IMG/VR virus record: IMGVR_UViG_3300021420_000044
Coordinates: 1-54,422 of that record
Reading direction: 5' to 3' (one strand)
DNA length: 54,422 nucleotides
Source of the DNA: a virus
Taxonomy: Duplodnaviria; Caudoviricetes
Shown here: positions 17,406-26,323 of the stretch, piece after piece
Position numbering within the stretch: the first letter of the stretch is position 1
Layout of the letters: the number at the start of each line of letters is the position of its first letter
Notes under the pieces: generated by a model
Databases searched by the model: none
What the model saw: only the letters and a program-made list of their open reading frames with translations
What the model was told of the DNA's origin: nothing
Position numbers and translations under genes: made by a program

Positions 17406-19090
17406 TTTTTGTTCCCCTTCGTCTTCGCCAGAGCTGCCAGTTCCATCTCGCGCTCTATGCGGTCTGCTACCCCTCCAGCATCCGGGAAGTCCAAATGCTC
17501 TAGGCCAGTTCGCGTATCCATCATGCCGAGTTTCTTGAGTTCCGGCACCATGCGCTTAATCATCATCTGCGACATTGGACGCAGGCTGGCGTCGTCCAGT
17601 TCGACATCGTAAATGTCGTGGCGGCTCAGCAGTCCCGGCCACTTCACGATTTCCCGTCCTGACTCGCCATCGTACTGAACTGCCTGCTCGCGCATGAATT
17701 TCCCAATGAGGTGAAACTGCGTCCAAGCAATGCGGTAAAACGCTTCCGCATGAAGTCGTCCACGAAGCTGAGTTAGACCTTGCGAGCGAATCACCGACTC
17801 ATCAAATAGTTCAGGAGAAATGTTTCCTGCTCCTGGCTTGCCAGAACGAGCGTCAGTGAAGCCTTGCAATTCTTTTTGCTTGTCGAGTAGTAGTTGCGGA
17901 TACTGCGAGAATTGTTGTGGGAAAGGAGGAGGAGCGAGAATCTTTACACCATCAATCGTGTTGGCGTTGACTACCTGGACTTCTCCCGGCATCCCGCCAT
18001 AGGCGTCAGGGTCGATTCCCGTTCGTTCGTCAATAAGTGTAATCCCGTTGTTGATGCGGATAGCATTCTCGAAAAGCTGTGTCCAGAGTCGTTCAGAAAC
18101 GTTCTGAATATCGCGGGAATACCTAACGGCAGGGACCGCCCAGATACCATGCAAGGGAACGGTTGACCAGAACGGGACAATGGGGAAACTTTTGAGAGGA
18201 TAGGGATTATCACCATCTTGGAGTATCTGCCCTTCGCAGTCAACAATGAGCCGGTTGTTAGGATACCGCCACTCAAAGTCCGCAGGAACTATAGCGCCTT
18301 CTGGGAGCTTCTTTTCCTCGATTTTCAGCCGCGTGGAGTCTTCGCAAAAGCACCACCTTACCCGCACTCGATTGTCGTTTGGTATGGACCGATTATTCGG
18401 TAACCCAGGAACCATCGACATTGGCCCTTGCGGCATCTGGAATCCATAGCCGGAATCTCCAATAGCGGGGCTAACACTTCGTCCTGCCACTCTTGGCTTG
18501 ACTCCGGCAGAAGTCTTGGGCCAGCGTTTCCGTACCCGGTCCAGGTGCATGTAATCTTCGAGGATGACATAAGACCAATCCAGCTCATACGACGTAAACG
18601 GGTCGCAGTCAAACGTCCGTGGGTCCCTCATTTTAGCCCACGTGCCACCTCTCCCGCTTCTCATGTCAGGGTCATAGCCAATCTGAATCGGCGTCATCCC
18701 GGTAAACATCGAGGAGAGAATGGCGAACATCGAGTGATAGTTAATCTTCGACCGTCGCCACTCCGATTGCAGGACTTTTTCGCGTTCTTCTTCGCGCTTC
18801 GAGGATTGCGTGTTGATGATGTAAGGGCGAGGCGCGACTTCCGTTAAATCGTTGGCCTCGCGCATCATCAAGGTTTGGAGTTCAGGAGTGCGAATCAGCG
18901 GACGGAATGAAGGCAGTGGCCCACCGGAATCGGTTAGCGCGTAGAATGCTTCCATGTCCTCGTACCAGCGTTCCCCGAGGACTTGATTTTTGTGGTCTTT
19001 GGAAAGTCTTTGCCACTCTGAAATGTGGGATGACAGTGGGTTTTCTGTCTCCACAGACTTGCGAGATGTAACGACATGCAGGTTAGCCAT
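17402..19090 (-). CDS. Portal protein
   Basis: 562 aa between TerL and scaffold; DPRTFDCDP, FPIVPF and RDIQ..E motifs of P22/podoviral-type portals. Confidence 0.85.
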   Translation of the reverse strand: MANLHVVTSRKSVETENPLSSHISEWQRLSKDHKNQVLGERWYEDMEAFYALTDSGGPLPSFRPLIRTPELQTLMMREANDLTEVAPRPYIINTQSSKREEEREKVLQSEWRRSKINYHSMFAILSSMFTGMTPIQIGYDPDMRSGRGGTWAKMRDPRTFDCDPFTSYELDWSYVILEDYMHLDRVRKRWPKTSAGVKPRVAGRSVSPAIGDSGYGFQMPQGPMSMVPGLPNNRSIPNDNRVRVRWCFCEDSTRLKIEEKKLPEGAIVPADFEWRYPNNRLIVDCEGQILQDGDNPYPLKSFPIVPFWSTVPLHGIWAVPAVRYSRDIQNVSERLWTQLFENAIRINNGITLIDERTGIDPDAYGGMPGEVQVVNANTIDGVKILAPPPFPQQFSQYPQLLLDKQKELQGFTDARSGKPGAGNISPELFDESVIRSQGLTQLRGRLHAEAFYRIAWTQFHLIGKFMREQAVQYDGESGREIVKWPGLLSRHDIYDVELDDASLRPMSQMMIKRMVPELKKLGMMDTRTGLEHLDFPDAGGVADRIEREMELAALAKTKGNKK

Positions 19091-19230
19091 TACTTCCGCT
19101 TTCGCGTCTTGCGCCTATCCTTGCCGATGCCCAACCGTGTTCCCTTGCGTACGGGCCGCTTCTGCTCACGGCGAGACATTTCCTCTTCGGGCCTACCGTA
19201 GTCAGAGCATGGAATCGGCGTCGGATTCAT
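19090..19230 (-). CDS. Basic micro-protein MNPTPIPCSDYGRPEEEMSRREQKRPVRKGTRLGIGKDRRKTRKRK (46 aa)
   Basis: Manual translation; RBS aggag; TAATG coupling to the portal; 16 K/R. Confidence 0.75.
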   Translation of the reverse strand: MNPTPIPCSDYGRPEEEMSRREQKRPVRKGTRLGIGKDRRKTRKRK

Positions 19231-19412
19231 AGCACTCCTGCAATCGACAGGCAATCAGGCGCGCAACTGCAACATTCATCGCACATGCAACACACATTAC
19301 ACCACTGATAAATCGGCCACATCTCCTCACATACTGAACACATCAAGCGCCTCTGCGACCATAGGCCAACGGTGCTTTCCCATCGACAGTCGTACCCGCT
19401 AGGGCTAGACAT
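19227..19412 (-). CDS. Cys-rich small protein (11 Cys in 61 aa)
   Basis: CSVC...CNVCCMCDECCSC; coupled on both sides. Confidence 0.6.
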   Translation of the reverse strand: MSSPSGYDCRWESTVGLWSQRRLMCSVCEEMWPIYQWCNVCCMCDECCSCAPDCLSIAGVL

Positions 19413-19480
19413 TACTGCCGCTTCCGATTGCGCATGTAGCGGCTCAGCACCTTGCCCTTGCCCGACTTGCCGCTAGGCAT
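19412..19480 (-). CDS. Basic peptide MPSGKSGKGKVLSRYMRNRKRQ (22 aa)
   Basis: Manual translation; purine-rich aaggggaag upstream; TAATG coupling; 8 K/R, no D/E. Confidence 0.6.
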   Translation of the reverse strand: MPSGKSGKGKVLSRYMRNRKRQ

Positions 19481-20015
19481 CTTCCCCTTGTGGGAGAAGT
19501 TCTTCCTTGGATTTCTCATTTGTTGGCTCCGCGTTCAACCATTGTGAGAAGGCATCGGCCATCGTCATCTTGCCTTCGTCCCCGCCCTCTTTCAGATGCG
19601 ATTGCAACTCTTTCACTCGCTCATCGAGTTCCTTCGCAGTATAGATGCCGCCATCGACTAGCGTGCGCTGATGTTTTCTGAGTTCCAAAAGAAAGTAGCG
19701 GTAGGACTTTGAGGCAGATTCTTCGTCGTAGATTCGGGCAAACTCGTTGCCGATTTTCTCGTACAGCGTAAGCGCTTTGTTGCGGACGCTCAGCGCCTTT
19801 CGGTTCTGAACGGATACAGCCCGGACTCCACTCTCTGTTTGCGCTCCGTCTCCGTTCTCTGCTTTTTCTGACGCTGTTCCCGCTCCTGCTCCATCAGGTA
19901 AAGACGTAGGTTGTCTTCGGTCGATACTCGGGCTGGCGGGATTTCCTGTGGCTCCTCGGTTGGCGTACTCAACGGCGGCTGCGACTTTCGCGGAGAAGTT
20001 TTCGGAGCTGCCCAT
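19473..20015 (-). CDS. Hypothetical protein (true start uncertain)
   Basis: ORF track; C-terminal ~100 aa look like real helical protein; 5' part overlaps 19790..20251. Confidence 0.5.
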   Translation of the reverse strand: MGSSENFSAKVAAAVEYANRGATGNPASPSIDRRQPTSLPDGAGAGTASEKAENGDGAQTESGVRAVSVQNRKALSVRNKALTLYEKIGNEFARIYDEESASKSYRYFLLELRKHQRTLVDGGIYTAKELDERVKELQSHLKEGGDEGKMTMADAFSQWLNAEPTNEKSKEELLPQGEDA

Positions 20016-20251
20016 GCAGGAGGCTCGCTAACTACATAAAGGTCTGTGGTTCTTGGACCTAAACGTAGCACAACTTCCGTCAGACTGTCATTAGGAAACC
20101 GCGTCAGAACTTGGTCGGTGACCGCGAGAATATCGTTTACCTTAATGCGAATCTCCCCGCCCTGCTTCTTCACAATGGCCGCAAGCAAGTTCAGCAGATA
20201 GCGGTCTGGTGCCATGCCGGCACTCGAAAGGGGGTACGGAAGTTCATTCAT
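19790..20251 (-). CDS. Hypothetical protein
   Basis: ORF track; same-strand operon. Confidence 0.55.
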   Translation of the reverse strand: MNELPYPLSSAGMAPDRYLLNLLAAIVKKQGGEIRIKVNDILAVTDQVLTRFPNDSLTEVVLRLGPRTTDLYVVSEPPAWAAPKTSPRKSQPPLSTPTEEPQEIPPARVSTEDNLRLYLMEQEREQRQKKQRTETERKQRVESGLYPFRTERR

Positions 20252-20477
20252 TTTCGCACGGGCAATCTAGTCCGACTGCCCAATAATGCGTGCAGCAGAA
20301 ATAGTTTCCAGTAGTATAAAAATGAAATCTTGGCAGTTTCACTGGCACCCCTCGGCCCAGAGAGTCATATACCATCAGAGAGCCTTGCGGAAAGTGAGCG
20401 CACATACCAGCAGTGTTCTGCTTGCCGCAGGAGCAGAGAAGCATTTCGTATTTCCTGCCGTCCGCCGTGCTCACCAT
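20244..20477 (-). CDS. Cys/His-rich small protein
   Basis: CSCG, CAH, CCTH, CPC. Confidence 0.5.
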   Translation of the reverse strand: MVSTADGRKYEMLLCSCGKQNTAGMCAHFPQGSLMVYDSLGRGVPVKLPRFHFYTTGNYFCCTHYWAVGLDCPCENE

Positions 20478-20478
20478 G

Positions 20479-20673
20479 CTACGCCGGCTTGTCGATGACA
20501 GCCTTTAACGCGACTTTCAAGTCCGCCGCTTTCTTTGTGGCCGCTGTGGCTACCTGCTGCGCTCCAGCGAGCGTTTGCTGTGCCACGGTTACCGCATGTT
20601 GGGCCTTTTCCAGTTCGTCCAAGGCTATCTGGTAGTTATTGGAAGCATCGCGTAGGTCTTCGCTGTTGCTCAT
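20479..20673 (-). CDS. Small coiled-coil protein
   Basis: RBS ggaggga; A/Q-rich heptads. Confidence 0.6.
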   Translation of the reverse strand: MSNSEDLRDASNNYQIALDELEKAQHAVTVAQQTLAGAQQVATAATKKAADLKVALKAVIDKPA

Positions 20674-20918
20674 AGTTTCCCTCCGTGGGGAATATTAACC
20701 GATTCCAGAACAGGCCACACAGAAAATTCGCTGACTAGCATATCGTCGTAGTAAACCACCATAGCTCCGAAGAACCGCCAAGGTTCCCCTCGCCTTTTGT
20801 CTGCCAATATCACGGCCTCCAAAGCGCGGTACACATCAAGTCCGCACCGAATCTGTTTCGGCTCTTGATTGCCATACGAATTGCTCATTTGCACTTCTAT
20901 AATCTCGGCAATGTTCAT
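20670..20918 (-). CDS. Hypothetical protein
   Basis: Follows the TerL stop by 3 nt. Confidence 0.55.
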   Translation of the reverse strand: MNIAEIIEVQMSNSYGNQEPKQIRCGLDVYRALEAVILADKRRGEPWRFFGAMVVYYDDMLVSEFSVWPVLESVNIPHGGKL

Positions 20919-20921
20919 CGC

Positions 20922-23705
20922 TTACACTCCGTCAATTAAGGACTTCTTTTTCGCTTTCTCGTTGTAAATCCGCAGCTTGTTCAGATGATTTGTGCTCGTC
21001 CACCCAAACAAGCCAAACGCATTCGTCTCTGGACTCTCCATCCACTGCACCCCTTGATGATTCTCTTTGTCCTCCGTCAGCTTTTGCGACATGCGGTCTT
21101 CGTGAGAGCCATGCGGATAGTGATGGTCCTGCATTGCGGCCCAACCGAGCAGACCAGCCATCATCAAATCGTCGTGGCCCTTCACTACTGTCCAGCGCCA
21201 ACCCATTTCCATTTTGCACTTGGACATCTGCGTGACTAATTCTTGGTCGTGCGGGAAACATTCTTTCCGCCGTAATGAAGTTCTAAATAATGCGAGAGCG
21301 CGCTGTCGGCTTCGTTCTGTTGTTTCCCATCCGAGAGAAGTACGCGGCTTTTTATCAAAACGGTCGTCGCGGCCAAGCCATAAATATTGCCCGGGATAAT
21401 GCCATCGATCGCGGAGTTCTCGCAGCACAATGTATCCCCATCCTCCGGTGATTTCAACATTGACCATCGCCTTTCCGTACATTCTTCCAATGTAATTAAC
21501 AATACTGCCGAGAATTTCTGGTCCAACGTGAGCCGCATAACTGAACGCTTGGTCACCAGTCTCCGCATTCCAGCCAACCATCGCAGAAAAATCTCCCGAC
21601 TCCAGACCCTTGCTCGCGTCCACGCCCACGTATACATGCTCGCCTTCTTTCGGCCACTCAAATATTTTCAGCGGACCTTCTCTTGCCTCTTCAAATTCCA
21701 GTGACCAATCAGTCGAGAGCGGGACCATACGCATGTGCGTAATCGGTTCTCTTATGTGGTCCTGCGCCATCTTCATTTCCTGGAAGTCGAAGGCTGGATT
21801 TCCGGTGCTAATAAATGCTTCATCTGGCGTGTTGTGAGAGGCGATTCCATTCGCACCGAAGACGTGTTCTTTGTGGTCTATCGAGAGGTCGTACACTGGA
21901 TGGAGGCCAATGTTCGTTACCTGCACCACAGTGTCTTCAAACGTAATTTGCTGGAATCGGCGTGAAAGCGGGACCACTTTACGGTGCCTGTTTTTCTTTC
22001 GTTCGCTCAGGAATCCAATCTGCTCGTTGAACTCCACTGACTCCCGCAGGCGCAGATTAATATTGTTGTCCATGTAGTGATACCCACGGTCATTCACTAC
22101 TGGTCGGCTCGAAATTTTGGCTGTAATACCGAATCCCAGAAGCAGCAATTGGATTTGCTCAAGGAACTCGATGTGTTTAGAAAATAACTTTATTCGGTTG
22201 TCCTTGTAAGCATTGAAGCCATCCGCCTCGAACAGCCCAGACAGAAACTCTTTGACGATGTGCTTCGGAGACTTCCAGATGCAATCTGGCACACAGACCC
22301 TTCTGTGCGGTTTGTCTTTATGATAAATACCGAGTTTCTTCATCAGGTGACGAAAGTAGACACTGCCGACACGGACCTCCGTACACCCTTTGTTTGGTCC
22401 AGTTTGCCTCTGAGTTGAGTTCCCAAATAATTTTCGTTGATATGCCGCGACCCACTCCACCAAATCCACGTCTTGCCCGAAGCACGCAATAGACACGATG
22501 CCATCCGTGTAGCAACCGTCGCCCATGAACACGCCGAGAAAGCGTGCAAAGTCTGGCGTAATTTCTATTTCTGACTTAACATCGCATGGCTCGTTCCACC
22601 TGACAGTCAGTGGCGTATCAGCAAAGCGCGGCGGTAGCAGGCGGAGTTTTTTATTCAGTGTCTTTTCTAGATGTATAAACGTGCCGTCCGCCAATTGCAC
22701 AGGATGATCCAATGTGCCTCGAAGAACTCGGCCTTGCTCAGTTCTTATTTCGCAGCACTCCTTGAAGCCAGTCATCCCGCATGACGTGACTGTACCCAAT
22801 TCGGAAATGTCTCCTGGCACAGCATCGCGTATTTTCACGATTCCACGATTCGTACCAACCAGGGTATCGGCCAAAAGGCACGCGGGATACTCGGCTCTCC
22901 ACGTATAAATTGACCCGCCGCATTTCGTCTCCAACGTCTGACGATGCCACGCAATCTGTCCTTTCGTAACCTTGAACTCGGCACAAAGCCACTTCTCGTA
23001 GTCATCTGCGGGAGCGTCTGGGGCGAGTGAATCTGGGAGAAACGAACCTGGGTCTTCGTACCAGGGAAGAAAAATTGGCATGAAGTCGTTTTGCCCGTCT
23101 ACGGCGGCATTCCAATAATCGTAATAAGCCTCCCCTGGCCCCTCCATCCCATTCGCCGTCGTCTCAATCGCCACAATGTTGTCTGGGTCTTTCGATGAGA
23201 CGGTGTTGAGTAGCGCGATAAACGAATCCGCCCCTGGGTAGAATGCCGCCTCTGTGAGATGAAGTCCGTTGAGCGTCAATCCGCGTCCGCTAATAACAGT
23301 TTTGGCTGTAGCTCTGCGAAGCGTGGACACTCCTCCAGAGTGAGGGAAATAAATCTCACGCTGCGTATGCGGCGGCAATGTGAACGGCAAGCACAACGAA
23401 AACTCTGTTACTTGCGTGAACAGTTCTTTTGCCGTCTCTCCTAGCTGCGCGACAATCATTCCTTTGCAGTTCCGCTTCTGCAACTGCTGCGCCATCAGCA
23501 GAGAGAGCACCCACGTAGACACCCCGAGCCGGCGACTTTTCAGGAACACGGCCCACAGAGGCTTCTTCTGTTCCTGCCGTTGGCGCACCATTCGCATTAT
23601 CTTTTCTTGGGATGGGTTAAAGCGAAACGGTTTTTGCGCGCCGGTATCGCGGTCCTTGATAGTCAGTCGATTACACAAAGCCGCAAAATGGTCGAGGTTC
23701 AGCAT
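20922..23705 (-). CDS. terL: Terminase large subunit containing an intein
   Basis: LKSRRLGVST (Walker A), LHLTEAAF (Walker B variant), IETTANG (coupling motif), YVGVDASKG and HDDLMMA (RNase H nuclease). Confidence 0.95.
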   Translation of the reverse strand: MLNLDHFAALCNRLTIKDRDTGAQKPFRFNPSQEKIMRMVRQRQEQKKPLWAVFLKSRRLGVSTWVLSLLMAQQLQKRNCKGMIVAQLGETAKELFTQVTEFSLCLPFTLPPHTQREIYFPHSGGVSTLRRATAKTVISGRGLTLNGLHLTEAAFYPGADSFIALLNTVSSKDPDNIVAIETTANGMEGPGEAYYDYWNAAVDGQNDFMPIFLPWYEDPGSFLPDSLAPDAPADDYEKWLCAEFKVTKGQIAWHRQTLETKCGGSIYTWRAEYPACLLADTLVGTNRGIVKIRDAVPGDISELGTVTSCGMTGFKECCEIRTEQGRVLRGTLDHPVQLADGTFIHLEKTLNKKLRLLPPRFADTPLTVRWNEPCDVKSEIEITPDFARFLGVFMGDGCYTDGIVSIACFGQDVDLVEWVAAYQRKLFGNSTQRQTGPNKGCTEVRVGSVYFRHLMKKLGIYHKDKPHRRVCVPDCIWKSPKHIVKEFLSGLFEADGFNAYKDNRIKLFSKHIEFLEQIQLLLLGFGITAKISSRPVVNDRGYHYMDNNINLRLRESVEFNEQIGFLSERKKNRHRKVVPLSRRFQQITFEDTVVQVTNIGLHPVYDLSIDHKEHVFGANGIASHNTPDEAFISTGNPAFDFQEMKMAQDHIREPITHMRMVPLSTDWSLEFEEAREGPLKIFEWPKEGEHVYVGVDASKGLESGDFSAMVGWNAETGDQAFSYAAHVGPEILGSIVNYIGRMYGKAMVNVEITGGWGYIVLRELRDRWHYPGQYLWLGRDDRFDKKPRTSLGWETTERSRQRALALFRTSLRRKECFPHDQELVTQMSKCKMEMGWRWTVVKGHDDLMMAGLLGWAAMQDHHYPHGSHEDRMSQKLTEDKENHQGVQWMESPETNAFGLFGWTSTNHLNKLRIYNEKAKKKSLIDGV
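21831..22880 (-). mobile_element. Intein with LAGLIDADG endonuclease (350 aa)
   Basis: EYPA|CLLADTLV...VYDLSI..HVFGANGIASHN|TPDEAF; TLDHPV block B; LGVFMGDG and LSGLFEADG motifs. Confidence 0.95.
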
Positions 23706-23965
23706 TATTCCTTCACTTCGTAAATCCTGATAGCGTCATCCATCGTGTGATTGCTGGAGGTCATCACAGGAATAATTGGAGTGCCGACTGGCAGTGGCCC
23801 TGGAGTGGAAAGAAACGCATCCAAGTCCACACTAGCAGGGTCAATGAAGACGATGTACTTTTTCTTGGCGTCTATCTCGAATGCCTTGCCAACTTCCAGA
23901 CCTTTAGCAATCACAGGAATGCCCGCGAGTGGAGCAAGCGACTTCAGCAGTTCTCTCCGATTCAT
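23705..23965 (-). CDS. Small protein with twin-arginine-like N-terminus
   Basis: Start refined to MNRRELLKSLAPLAG; TAATG coupling to terL. Confidence 0.6.
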   Translation of the reverse strand: MNRRELLKSLAPLAGIPVIAKGLEVGKAFEIDAKKKYIVFIDPASVDLDAFLSTPGPLPVGTPIIPVMTSSNHTMDDAIRIYEVKE

Positions 23966-24108
23966 GGCGTCGTCCATTTTCCAATAGCGTTGTAGCATTT
24001 CCAGCACAGGGATTTATCCCCAACTCTCACCAATTGGATGTACGTTTTCGGCTTCTTGCAGCAGTCGCACAACGTCATCTCTTTCACAACAAGCACCGTC
24101 TCGGTCAT
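23962..24108 (-). CDS. Zn-binding micro-protein (48 aa)
   Basis: Manual translation MTETVLVVKEMTLCDCCKK...LCWKCY; ATGA overlaps at both ends. Confidence 0.6.
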   Translation of the reverse strand: MTETVLVVKEMTLCDCCKKPKTYIQLVRVGDKSLCWKCYNAIGKWTTP

Positions 24109-24908
24109 AGCGTCTCTCCCGTCTGCGCAATGGCCGGAATATTAAGTTCGTACTCATATTGGCCAATGTGCTTGCTCACAATCCACGGACATAACCAAGT
24201 TGTTCCGCCGATTCTTTTCCACGTTCTAGCGAAATACCAGTCTTCGCTGAGGTGGATGTGGTCTTTCGGGTCAATCGGGTCCATGAAGAATGCGAATGCC
24301 TTGCGAGTCTTCATTTGCGGCAGTTCTTCGTCTACGAATTTGTACCATTGAATTGCCTTGCGGGAAATCATCTTGGTAAACACGTAACGCGGTATAAGCA
24401 TAATTCCAGTGCCCGATTCGAGCACCTTAATCGGCTTGCGCCACGACATGTTCGGGACAATAAAGTTTGCTACTACGCTGCCACCGTAAGTGTTCATGAG
24501 TTCTAGCGGATACTCTTTTTTCTGCTGACATACCTTCGCGATACGTGCCCAATTTATCCCTTTTTTGGCATAAGGTGCACACACAATCCCTCTGTGCTTC
24601 TTGGAAATTAGCAGCATGTGCAATACATCCTCTGCTTTGAGCCAAATGTCAGCATCGAGGAACAGCAAGTCCGTATAGTCGGATTGCAGAAAATGGCAGG
24701 CGATTTTGTTACGCCCTCTCGTGATGAGCGATTCGTCCATCTGCCCGCTGAACTTGTGTGTCACGCCAAACTTAGTAAGCAGATGCGTAAGAGAGAGGCA
24801 CAGAGCACGATGCTGACCAGTACATTGCGCCCCATACATAGGCGTCGCGATTTCCAGTTTCCTCTTCCGTAACCATTTCTGGTCTGTGGTGCTCACGGTG
24901 AAGCTCAC
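24105..24908 (-). CDS. GT-A fold glycosyltransferase-like protein
   Basis: IATPMYG, ESLITRGRN, LLFLDADI (DxD), GTGIMLI, LSEDWYF. Confidence 0.8.
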   Translation of the reverse strand: MSFTVSTTDQKWLRKRKLEIATPMYGAQCTGQHRALCLSLTHLLTKFGVTHKFSGQMDESLITRGRNKIACHFLQSDYTDLLFLDADIWLKAEDVLHMLLISKKHRGIVCAPYAKKGINWARIAKVCQQKKEYPLELMNTYGGSVVANFIVPNMSWRKPIKVLESGTGIMLIPRYVFTKMISRKAIQWYKFVDEELPQMKTRKAFAFFMDPIDPKDHIHLSEDWYFARTWKRIGGTTWLCPWIVSKHIGQYEYELNIPAIAQTGETL

Positions 24909-25531
24909 AGTGCCTCACGGTAGAACTTCATGATGCCGCGATTTGGACGCCACGATTCGTCCGAATAGCATTTCAGGCCAGCGTCAATGAGTAAGTGTCC
25001 ACAGCGGTAGCGGTCGGCAGGGGAGTGCCATTCGAGCATGATGGCCTTTACTTTCCGCAGGAAGGAGTAGCCATGCAGGATAAAGTATTCCGAGCCTTCC
25101 GTATCTAGTTTGATGATGTCAGCGTAGGGGAGATTATGGGCAGAGACGCATTCCACGGTGAAGCCTGTTGTTGCCTGCTCGCCTAAATCGTACAGCGAGC
25201 TTTCCCCGGAATTGTTGCGGCCTTTGCGCAGAAACATCTTGCCACTGAGACGGGAGACAGCAACGTTGTGCAGTTCCGCGAATGAGCAGTTGGCTTGGAG
25301 CACGGTGAAGGATTCGGGATTCGGCTCGTAGCAGTCAATCTTCGCTCCCGGCCAGCGTTCTTTGGCCCAGACAGCGAAAGCTCCGTAGTGCGCTCCGAGG
25401 TCGAGGATACGTGGAGATTTGAGCGAATCTAGTTCCTGAATAGGTACGCTGTACTCCCCAGAAAAAACGCGGTCGATATGTAGTTGCATATCAGAGTCAG
25501 GGCAAACAAACTGCTTCTTGGTGGAAATCAT
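24905..25531 (-). CDS. FkbM-family SAM methyltransferase
   Basis: ILDLGAHYGAF, YEPNP, NVAV, IIKLDTEGSE. Confidence 0.88.
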   Translation of the reverse strand: MISTKKQFVCPDSDMQLHIDRVFSGEYSVPIQELDSLKSPRILDLGAHYGAFAVWAKERWPGAKIDCYEPNPESFTVLQANCSFAELHNVAVSRLSGKMFLRKGRNNSGESSLYDLGEQATTGFTVECVSAHNLPYADIIKLDTEGSEYFILHGYSFLRKVKAIMLEWHSPADRYRCGHLLIDAGLKCYSDESWRPNRGIMKFYREAL

Positions 25532-26091
25532 ACTGGCGGCTTCGTTCGTGGATTCATGTCAGAGGTCATTCCAGAATCACTGATGCCTTTGACGCCATGC
25601 GTTTTCTGATTCTCCAGCGCCACGCAGGCAATCTGGCAGAAGTATTCGTTGTTCACGAGCTGCGTTACCGGGTCGCGTTTAGGCCGTATCAGTGCCCACT
25701 GCTTGTTGGCTTTCTTCGCTCCTCCACAAGTCTTGCAACGAGACTGAGAGTCGTCTGCCGTGATGCGCTGATTCAGAGCATAGGAAGCTATCTCGCAGTT
25801 CTTACGCATTCGGGCTAGGAGCTTCAGTCCTTCTTCCACTTCCACGCCGCGAGTGAAGAAGCGTCGTACCTCTTCTTCGGTAGCGTCTTCCGATGACCAG
25901 CGAGCGCGAGCAGCTTCTGAGCGTTGTTCTATAGCGGCAGGAGTGCGAGTGTAGCTCCGCTTCGGCTTGGCTTCCTGCTGCATTGCCAGTTTGGCAGCTT
26001 TATTTGCCGCACGAGTTGCTGCTGCCTTGGCTCTTACAGCAGGGTCGGACATGGGCCATTTCTTTTGTGGAGCTTCAACGGTGTCGGTCAA
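25528..26091 (-). CDS. Basic N-terminal / Zn-finger C-terminal protein
   Basis: TTG start after aggagga; RAKAAATRAANK; CKTC...FCQIAC. Confidence 0.55.
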   Translation of the reverse strand: MTDTVEAPQKKWPMSDPAVRAKAAATRAANKAAKLAMQQEAKPKRSYTRTPAAIEQRSEAARARWSSEDATEEEVRRFFTRGVEVEEGLKLLARMRKNCEIASYALNQRITADDSQSRCKTCGGAKKANKQWALIRPKRDPVTQLVNNEYFCQIACVALENQKTHGVKGISDSGMTSDMNPRTKPPV

Positions 26092-26099
26092 TTCTCCTC

Positions 26100-26318
26100 C
26101 TAGCAAGCCAACATTGGAACGCTCTCAGGCGCAACTCTTACAAACTCCCGCAGCGCCTTATCGCACTCAGGGCAGAGTAAGATAATCGTTCCGTCGCGGT
26201 CGGACCATTCTTTCCAAGCGCTCGGCTTCTCGAAATATCCGTTCTCAGTCTTTTTCTTAACCGTCACGAATTTGTCGCATCGGTCACACGTGCACAGAAG
26301 TTGTTCTTGCTGCGGCAT
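26100..26318 (-). CDS. Zn-ribbon micro-protein
   Basis: CTCDRC...W...LCPEC. Confidence 0.6.
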   Translation of the reverse strand: MPQQEQLLCTCDRCDKFVTVKKKTENGYFEKPSAWKEWSDRDGTIILLCPECDKALREFVRVAPESVPMLAC

Positions 26319-26323
26319 GATAA

